From positions 1-64,000 of IMG/VR virus record IMGVR_UViG_3300037467_001267: a stretch of 64,000 nt of DNA. One strand, 5' to 3'. Each line of letters begins with the position of its first letter. The stretch's first letter is position 1. This document shows positions 1 through 6,379 of the stretch, one piece after another. The position numbers and the translations under genes are program-made. The DNA is from a virus (taxonomy: Duplodnaviria > Caudoviricetes). The notes under the pieces were generated by a model, which saw only the letters and a program-made list of their open reading frames with translations, was not told where the DNA came from and did no database searches.

Positions 1-1
1 T

Positions 2-118
2 AACGAGTACTGCTACTGCCGCGTCGTGGGCAACTGCGGGAAGCTGCTCGTGATGCACAAGCTCCCGCCCGGCACGGCCAAAGAAATTTCCCGCCGCGTG
101 GAAGAGCGGCGGAAGTAG
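2..118 (+). CDS. 3' end of a hypothetical protein truncated by the window edge
   Basis: Open frame NEYCYCRVVGNCGKLLVMHKLPPG...ERRK ending TAG 116-118; same strand as all neighbours. Confidence 0.4.
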   Translation, partial: NEYCYCRVVGNCGKLLVMHKLPPGTAKEISRRVEERRK

Positions 119-220
119 TATCCCGATGTTTCGTGCCGCGGAGAGTAATGAACGGCTTTGATCCGAGAAACGCGGACAATCTAGGGATTCAGGTGCCCAT
201 GCCGCTTACCATGGGATGGA

Positions 221-362
221 AGGCACGTAACTTCAGCTGGTAGAAGTGACCACCGTGGATCAGGCAACACCTCTCGGGGCGGCACCCCGAGAGCCTGGTC
301 GAGCCGAAAGGCTAACACGAAGTCCGAGTGGTGATACGCGGGTTCGACCCCCGCCGTGCCTC
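221..362 (+). ncRNA. tRNA-like RNA with a ~67-nt structured insertion in the anticodon arm
   Basis: Acceptor AGGCACG(221-227)/CGTGCCT(355-361); D-arm ACTTC-AGCTGGTA-GAAGT; stem ACCAC(249-253)/GTGGT(328-332); variable loop GATAC; T-arm GCGGG-TTCGACC-CCCGC; 74 nt instead of 7 between the anticodon-stem strands; no encoded CCA. Confidence 0.8.
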
Positions 363-364
363 TT

Positions 365-478
365 ATGGTGTTCATAGCATATATCTTTGCGGTGGTAGCC
401 GGATTAGGGTCTATGACGGCACTCGTAATATACGGCCATCCTTGGTTTGCCCTTCTGGCGTTCGTGTTTTGTTGTAGC
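365..478 (+). CDS. Possible 37-aa hydrophobic membrane peptide
   Basis: ATG...TAG reading MVFIAYIFAVVAGLGSMTALVIYGHPWFALLAFVFLL; below the ORF-track cutoff; AT-rich. Confidence 0.35.
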
Positions 479-491
479 TTACAGGTCAACC

Positions 492-713
492 GTGAACGTA
501 ATACTCGTGCTGAGCACGAAGAATAATCATGCGGCCGTCGAGGAGCTGCCTGAAGCCTCGCTGGACCAGGGACGGGTGCGAAGGATCGCACGCGGTGACG
601 CTGCTGCGATAAAGTTCCTCGACGGCCGCTACTGGTATCTGGCCTGGGATGGCGAGCGGATGATGTGGTTCCCCGTTAATGGGCTCGGAGAGCCCCGAAG
701 GGTCGAGCGGTGA
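492..713 (+). CDS. Hypothetical protein
   Basis: GTG start inside ORF 447..713; stop overlaps next start (GTGA). Confidence 0.45.
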   Translation: MNVILVLSTKNNHAAVEELPEASLDQGRVRRIARGDAAAIKFLDGRYWYLAWDGERMMWFPVNGLGEPRRVER

Positions 714-952
714 TTCAGAAACATCAACTAAGAGAGCGTGTGGTGCGCAAGCTGCAAGACCGTCTGGTGATGCTCGAAATGCGCATCGACAACGCGATCG
801 TGAACGGCACCATCAAGGGCGAGAAGCACGCCTGGGTGGACTTCGACGACATCCCCATCGACCCCGAGCTGGTCGAGGGCCTGGCGGCGAGGTACGGGGC
901 GAACGGATGGGCCTGTAAGGTCGAGAACTCTAGCATTCAGGTGACGTTGTGA
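710..952 (+). CDS. Hypothetical protein
   Basis: 80-aa ORF, 4-nt overlaps with both neighbours, genome-typical GC3 codon usage. Confidence 0.6.
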   Translation: MIQKHQLRERVVRKLQDRLVMLEMRIDNAIVNGTIKGEKHAWVDFDDIPIDPELVEGLAARYGANGWACKVENSSIQVTL

Positions 953-1959
953 GCAAAGCATACCGCCAGGACTCCCCGAACACGATCAAGGTCGAGTTGA
1001 CCGAGGGCTGTACGCTCTCCTGCTCGTTCTGCGGCATCAACGGGATTCGAACCAAGCCGGGTGGCTTTAAGTTCCTGTCGCTGGAGACGGCCCAGCGAAT
1101 CGGGGAGCTGTTAGCCGCGGAGGTTCGCGAGCGTGCCTGGAATCCCCGCATCGAGATGGCCATGCGGGGCGAGCCGACGATGAACCCGAATCGCGGGCCG
1201 ATCGTCCACGCCCTCCGCACGGCCAACCCCAAGGGCCACATCCAGATGACGAGCAACGGGGCCGGGCTCCTGAAGGGCGGCGACCCGTACGCCGCAGTCC
1301 AGGATCTGTTCGACGCCGGGGTGAACGTGCTGATCCTCGACAACTACGACGGCATCCAGTCCGTCAACCGCATCCTCTCCAAGCTCCCTTCCGACTGGGT
1401 GCGGCACTACCCGCAAGACATCTCCGCGAACCCGTACAAGCGGCGGAAGCATGACGAGCACGAGGTGGTCGTGCTCCCCGACATCTCTAAGACCGACAAA
1501 GGGGTCCATAACAAGCACGAGCTGTGCAACCATGGTGGAGCAGCAGGCCCGAAAGACTACTCGAAAGCCGACAAGATTTGCGCGAAGCCGTTCCGGGAAC
1601 TGGTCATTCGTCACGACGGGCGGATACCGGCTTGCTGCGACGCTTGGTTCGGCCAAATGTGCTTCGGCGACGTGCATACTGCGGCGTCGCTTGACGAGAT
1701 TTGGCAGGGCGAGCACCTCATGGCTCTCCGCCGCCATCTGTTTCACGGCCTACGCATCGTTGGCGACTGCGACGGTTGTAATTCTCGTTCTACTCGGGTG
1801 GGCCTACTCCCCAACAAGAACGGGACGGGCTGGATGCCCGAGCCGACAGCCAGCGACCTGGACATGCTAGTCTCGCTGGCGAAGCAGGGGCCCATGACTC
1901 AACCCGTCGAGCGTCCCTGGTACACGGGGCTGACGGTGAAAGGACAGAAGGTATCATGA
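949..1959 (+). CDS. Radical SAM enzyme with SPASM/Twitch-type C-terminal domain
   Basis: CxxxCxxC (GCTLSCSFC), GEP motif (MRGEPTMN), MTSNG, C-terminal CAKPF..DGRIPACC..GDV..CDGC. Confidence 0.9.
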   Translation: MSKAYRQDSPNTIKVELTEGCTLSCSFCGINGIRTKPGGFKFLSLETAQRIGELLAAEVRERAWNPRIEMAMRGEPTMNPNRGPIVHALRTANPKGHIQMTSNGAGLLKGGDPYAAVQDLFDAGVNVLILDNYDGIQSVNRILSKLPSDWVRHYPQDISANPYKRRKHDEHEVVVLPDISKTDKGVHNKHELCNHGGAAGPKDYSKADKICAKPFRELVIRHDGRIPACCDAWFGQMCFGDVHTAASLDEIWQGEHLMALRRHLFHGLRIVGDCDGCNSRSTRVGLLPNKNGTGWMPEPTASDLDMLVSLAKQGPMTQPVERPWYTGLTVKGQKVS

Positions 1960-2240
1960 AGAAAATCTACAAGTACATCCTTCCGCAAGACCAATGGGAT
2001 GAGGGCGTGTCCGTTACAATGCCCCGGGGTGCTCAGCTGCTCGACGCCCAGATCCAACCCCATAGCGGACTCTGTCTTTGGGCTCTGGTCGATCTGACCC
2101 AGCCTGATGATGTGCGAACGTTCCGGGTGTTTGGGACGGGGCAACCCCTCCCGACCTGGTTCACGGGGAGAGGCTACGTCGCGACGTTCCAAATGGAGAA
2201 GGGCTATTTGGTCTTCCATCTCTTTGAGGTGACTAAGTAA
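1956..2240 (+). CDS. Conserved small phage protein (IYKY..MP.GA..LWALVD..VFGTG..HLFE pattern)
   Basis: 94-aa ORF coupled to neighbours; pattern recognisable from other phage hypotheticals. Confidence 0.6.
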   Translation: MKKIYKYILPQDQWDEGVSVTMPRGAQLLDAQIQPHSGLCLWALVDLTQPDDVRTFRVFGTGQPLPTWFTGRGYVATFQMEKGYLVFHLFEVTK

Positions 2241-3196
2241 TGGCGCAGAACGCTTTCCAACACGGCTCCAGTTCGCTGGAAGACTTCTACGGCTGGATGA
2301 ACGAGAGACATGCTATCTTCCGGCGGCGGTTCGTCGAGAACAAGCCCAAGCCGTGGACGGAAGACAAGATCATGCTGGAGTACAAGTTCACGAACGTCTT
2401 CCGCGAACTCGACAAGGGCACCATCGCCCTCCGGAAGATGGAGAAGCAGACCGTCCAGGACTTCCTGGCCTGCGAAGACCCCGAGCGGGCGTTCCACCTC
2501 GCCAAGCAAATCGTCTTCAACACGTTCTGGTACCGCACGTTCAACTGGTACGAGCATGCGGAGAAGCTGGGCATGGTCTCGAACTACGAGGACATGCACG
2601 ACTACTTCATGGACCTACACCGGCGGGACAAAAGAATCTTCACCGGGGCCCATATGGTGCGGGGCGACAACGGCGAGATCAAGGTGTTCCCCTACCTGCG
2701 GCTGCTGAAGGAAGTCTGGGACACGCTCGACGGGCTGACGGCGAGCATCGTCAAGTTCGGCACGATGGAGAACGCCTACTGGAAGGTACGGGAGTACCAT
2801 CTGGTGGGCCCGTTCAACGCGTACGAGCTGGTCTGCGATTGGCGGTGGAACGTCCTGGAGGCGACCGACTCGCTGACGTGGGGGTCGATCGGGCCGGGAG
2901 CTGCCCGCGGACTCCAGCGACTCGGGCTCGACGTGAGCACGAAGAGCATGGTGGACCTGTGGCACGAGGCCCCCAACTACCTCGCCCCGCACGTCCTCTC
3001 CCACTTCCCGGCCAAGGTCTTCAAGAGCAAGGAATCCAATGCTACGAACCCTTATAGCGTTTATCCGCGGCAGGATTTCGAATGGCCTCCGTTTGAAATT
3101 CGTGAGATCGAGCACTCCCTGTGCGAGTTCGACAAGTACGAGCGATGCCGAGCAGGCGAGGGCCGACCAAGACAAAAGTTCGCCGGACACGGATAA
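2240..3196 (+). CDS. aGPT-Pplase1 / 5-hmdU DNA kinase (helical domain) family protein
   Basis: FYGWMNERHAIF..KPKPWTEDKIMLEYKFTNVFRELDKGT, FTGAHMV, GPFNAYELVCD, GPGAARGL, EIEHSLCEFDKYER are characteristic of this family. Confidence 0.82.
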   Translation: MAQNAFQHGSSSLEDFYGWMNERHAIFRRRFVENKPKPWTEDKIMLEYKFTNVFRELDKGTIALRKMEKQTVQDFLACEDPERAFHLAKQIVFNTFWYRTFNWYEHAEKLGMVSNYEDMHDYFMDLHRRDKRIFTGAHMVRGDNGEIKVFPYLRLLKEVWDTLDGLTASIVKFGTMENAYWKVREYHLVGPFNAYELVCDWRWNVLEATDSLTWGSIGPGAARGLQRLGLDVSTKSMVDLWHEAPNYLAPHVLSHFPAKVFKSKESNATNPYSVYPRQDFEWPPFEIREIEHSLCEFDKYERCRAGEGRPRQKFAGHG

Positions 3197-3404
3197 CCCG
3201 CTCGCGTTCTACTCCACCGTCGAGCTGTTCGACGAAATCGGGCGGCGGAGTTCCACGCTCGTGTGTGCGTACAAGCCGCTGGTCTGCGAGCCCGGGTTCA
3301 CCTGGGCCCAGGTCTGGCGGGGACAAGACTTCGATTCTGCCCTGGGCCTGTCGCGTCGGCTCTGGCATAGCTTGGACCAGGACGCGAGAAGGAGCGCAAA
3401 GTGA
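3039..3404 (+). CDS. Small hypothetical protein (true start uncertain, probably near 3180)
   Basis: Fills the gap between kinase and methyltransferase; LAFYSTVELFDEIGRR pattern; stop overlaps next start. Confidence 0.4.
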   Translation: MLRTLIAFIRGRISNGLRLKFVRSSTPCASSTSTSDAEQARADQDKSSPDTDNPLAFYSTVELFDEIGRRSSTLVCAYKPLVCEPGFTWAQVWRGQDFDSALGLSRRLWHSLDQDARRSAK

Positions 3405-4072
3405 TTCAGTCAGACTACCGGGGCATCCGGTATACTTGGTCGGGAGACGACCGACGCAATGGTGCTTTGTACGGCGTGCTAACCGTACCGCTGTTTGGCT
3501 ACCAGAACGAGGGTGTGCTCCAGGACGACATCGAGGAGCGCATCAACTGGCTGGCCATCCACGAGAAGCCCAAGCGGGAGTTGCTCGAACACCGCATGGG
3601 GCTGGCCCACCGGGAGTGGATCAAGGCCGTCGCGGGCACGGACAAGCGGGTGCTGGAGTGGGGCTGCGGGGCGAGCACCCTCTGGTACCGGGAGAACGGG
3701 ATCAAGGTCACGACCGTCGAGCACGACCCGGTGTGGGCCGCGATCATCGGCGGGGTCATGCTCTACCCGATGCCTGCCTGGCCGACCAGAGCCCGGGACG
3801 CCGAGGGCACGCCCGTCGTCACCGCACCGGAATTCGACTACGTGCGATGCCCCGGACTCGGCAGGTTCGACATCATCCTGGTGGACGGGATTCTCCGCAA
3901 CGCCTGCCTGCGGTACGCACCCCGGCTACTCACCAACCACGGGATTGTCCTCCTCCACGACGCCCAGCGGGACTGGTACGAGCTGGGGCGCAAGGACTAC
4001 ACGACCGTGAGGGAGTTGCCGGAGTGCGAGGACTACAAGGGACCAACCCTCTGGGCGGGTAGACCGCTGTGA
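3401..4072 (+). CDS. Class I SAM-dependent methyltransferase-like protein (glycan O-methyltransferase-like)
   Basis: Motif I RVLEWGCGAST, VTTVEHDPVW, FDIILVDG..R..C, IVLLHDAQR. Confidence 0.72.
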   Translation: MIQSDYRGIRYTWSGDDRRNGALYGVLTVPLFGYQNEGVLQDDIEERINWLAIHEKPKRELLEHRMGLAHREWIKAVAGTDKRVLEWGCGASTLWYRENGIKVTTVEHDPVWAAIIGGVMLYPMPAWPTRARDAEGTPVVTAPEFDYVRCPGLGRFDIILVDGILRNACLRYAPRLLTNHGIVLLHDAQRDWYELGRKDYTTVRELPECEDYKGPTLWAGRPL

Positions 4073-4320
4073 GTTATCTCAACCAGCTAATCCGGCGACA
4101 GGCTCCGCTCACCCGGTGTCAATGCGCGGTGCTGGCGGTTCTCACGACGGAGTTCGCAAGCGTGGACGATGTCTGGCGACGCAAGCCCGTCTATGCCGAG
4201 AACCGGGCTGGGCGAATTGGCCCGTCGCCTACGGAACTATTTCGCAAGTCTTACGGAGTCTCGTCCAGCAAGGCTTCGCGGAAACTACGGGCGGAAAGCG
4301 TCCCAGATATAGGAGTGTAG
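4069..4320 (+). CDS. Hypothetical protein
   Basis: 83-aa ORF overlapping upstream stop; atypical composition. Confidence 0.3.
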   Translation: MSYLNQLIRRQAPLTRCQCAVLAVLTTEFASVDDVWRRKPVYAENRAGRIGPSPTELFRKSYGVSSSKASRKLRAESVPDIGV

Positions 4321-4324
4321 TAGC

Positions 4325-4969
4325 ATGAGAACCTGGCGCATAGACGACGTGTCGGTCAACACCGACGTTCCCGCTCTCATCGAGCTGATCGAGGCATGTC
4401 TCAGCGAGCCCGACGACAGGGTGCTGCTGGCGATCAACCCGGTCGTGATCGGCAAAGACCGCCAACGTCCGTTCCCGGCCGCGATGAAGCCGCTCTCCGT
4501 CGTGTCGGAGTATTTCCGGGCGACGGCCTGTGGGGTGCCGCCCATCCCCGCCACGCCCCGATACGCGGGGCGGATCATGACCGCCGGGCACGGCATGATC
4601 CACGTCGACCACCGGCTCCTCACCTACGAGCAGCAGGAGCTTTCGATCCTCATGTCCTGCTCGCTGGCGAGGGCGGACAGCTTCGTTCCGCCATTCAACT
4701 ACTGGAACGGGAACACGCAAGCGATCTGCGTCAAGCACGGCATCCAACTCATCAAGTACGAGGACGGTTGGCGCCACGTCCTGCACAACGACTACAACCC
4801 GCACCACCTGACCTGGTATCTCCATCCCTGGGACATCACGCCGGGCGGGTTGCGGGCCTGGCGACAGAGTAACGCACCTCTTTGTGATTTGTGCGGTAAA
4901 CCCTACCGAGGCAACCACGTCGATCCTGTATCCGGCAAGCCCCGCCACCCCGGGTGCGTTCCGTTTTAG
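4325..4969 (+). CDS. Polysaccharide deacetylase-like (CE4/NodB-fold) protein
   Basis: RIDD (motif 1), GHGMIH (HxxxH metal motif), FVPPFN (motif 3); C-terminal CDLC..H..H..C tail. Confidence 0.7.
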   Translation: MRTWRIDDVSVNTDVPALIELIEACLSEPDDRVLLAINPVVIGKDRQRPFPAAMKPLSVVSEYFRATACGVPPIPATPRYAGRIMTAGHGMIHVDHRLLTYEQQELSILMSCSLARADSFVPPFNYWNGNTQAICVKHGIQLIKYEDGWRHVLHNDYNPHHLTWYLHPWDITPGGLRAWRQSNAPLCDLCGKPYRGNHVDPVSGKPRHPGCVPF

Positions 4970-4978
4970 GAGATAGCT

Positions 4979-5977
4979 ATGCGTATCATCGTCTGGACAC
5001 GCGGGCGGCTCAACCTCCAGCGAACCCGCAAGAACTTCCATCTGGACTCGCCCGAGATTCTCTCTCGCTGGGACGTGACGTACGTACTCTGTAACTCGGA
5101 GGTTAGGGAGTACGAAGCGAAGTATCCCAACAGTAAGACGATTAACGTTCCCGACGAATGGAACGCCAGCGAGATTCGGCACTGGTTGACGTACAACTAC
5201 GTGGAGCCCGACCCATTCCACGTCCTGATGGACGACGACCTGTATTTCCTCCGCCGCGTTGCGCCGACGGATATTCGTCAGCGGTCGAGCCCGGGAGTCC
5301 AGGACGCCATGGACATGTTCGAGCGCATCGAGAAATACTTGAACGAGGGTTACGCCCATGGCGGCATCTCCATCCGAGCGGGAAACAACCGCATCCCCGG
5401 CGTCTACGCCGAGAACACCCGCGTCATGGACATCCACTTCTACGACGCCCGCACCTTCGTCGAGGAGCGGATCAACCTGGCGGAGACGCCTGTTATGGGA
5501 GATTTCCACGCTACACTATCTCTCCTGGAACTCGGCTACCCGAACGTGCTTGACGCGGAGTTCATGTCTGGGCAACAGGACCATACGCCCGGCGGATGCT
5601 CTCGGTACCGCACTGTTGAGATGTTGCGCGAGACAGCGGAGAAGATGGCTCGCATCCACGCCCCGTTCGTGAAGGTGCGGTACAAGACGGTGAAGAACTC
5701 GCTGGCCCCGCAGGCGACTCTGCCCGACGTGACGGTGTACTGGAAGAAGAGCTTCGGCACGAAAGCCCACTTGCGGAAGTACAACCCGGCGTGCTTGCTC
5801 TGTGGTAAGCTTGCGGAGGAGCATATCGACGCGGACATCGAGAACTACGATAAGGATGGCGTATGTATAAATACACGCCAAAAAGTCTATGACCAACGAA
5901 CAGATTCAGCGGCTCAAGTTTCTAGCGGACAAGGTGCGGGGGTTGGAAGCTCGGAGGGAGGAGCTGGCGAGGGCTAA
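4979..5977 (+). CDS. GT-A glycosyltransferase of the TET/JBP-associated (TAGT/GREB1-like) DNA-base glycosyltransferase type
   Basis: RHW..FHVLMDDDLYF (DxD), DFHATLSLLELGYPN, TPGGCSRYRT, VTVYWKK; preceded by TAGGAGATAG RBS. Confidence 0.75.
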   Translation: MRIIVWTRGRLNLQRTRKNFHLDSPEILSRWDVTYVLCNSEVREYEAKYPNSKTINVPDEWNASEIRHWLTYNYVEPDPFHVLMDDDLYFLRRVAPTDIRQRSSPGVQDAMDMFERIEKYLNEGYAHGGISIRAGNNRIPGVYAENTRVMDIHFYDARTFVEERINLAETPVMGDFHATLSLLELGYPNVLDAEFMSGQQDHTPGGCSRYRTVEMLRETAEKMARIHAPFVKVRYKTVKNSLAPQATLPDVTVYWKKSFGTKAHLRKYNPACLLCGKLAEEHIDADIENYDKDGVCINTRQKVYDQRTDSAAQVSSGQGAGVGSSEGGAGEG

Positions 5978-6179
5978 CGATAACCTCGCCGGGAGCACCG
6001 ACGTTAGCTTTTGGAACACGGGCAACTCGGAGAAATGCGTCAAGCTCGACAGCAAGAAACCGGCGGACGCAGAACTGTTCCGCACGATCGTGTCGGGTGC
6101 TCGGGAAGCAATCCGGGAAGAGATTCGCAAGATCAACGAAGAGCTGGTGAACCTGGACTACGTGGAGAAAGGAACATGA
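5889..6179 (+). CDS. Hypothetical coiled-coil protein
   Basis: 96-aa ORF overlapping the glycosyltransferase 3' end. Confidence 0.55.
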   Translation: MTNEQIQRLKFLADKVRGLEARREELARANDNLAGSTDVSFWNTGNSEKCVKLDSKKPADAELFRTIVSGAREAIREEIRKINEELVNLDYVEKGT

Positions 6180-6379
6180 TCTACCGCATCGCCCTCTGGT
6201 TGGGGTGCTGTATGATGGTGACGGGCGGGGTTTACTTCGCCGTCATCCTCCAGGCCTGGTGCGTCGATCGAATCGTGAAGTACCTCGACGCCTTCTGGAT
6301 AATTGGGGACTACGTGATCCATCGCCGTGAATTTAAGCAGTGGCTTAACAGGAGCAAAGATGAAGATTCGAAAGCGTGA
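6176..6379 (+). CDS. Small membrane protein
   Basis: ATG 6176 after AAAGGA; MIYRIALWLGCCMMVTGGVYFAVILQAWCV hydrophobic segment. Confidence 0.55.
   Translation: MIYRIALWLGCCMMVTGGVYFAVILQAWCVDRIVKYLDAFWIIGDYVIHRREFKQWLNRSKDEDSKA

Noticed and set aside
254-327. Group I intron, archaeal BHB intron or tmRNA
   Set aside because: Only ~67 extra nt, no P7/catalytic core, no 3-4-3 bulge-helix-bulge, no tag ORF or pseudoknot series
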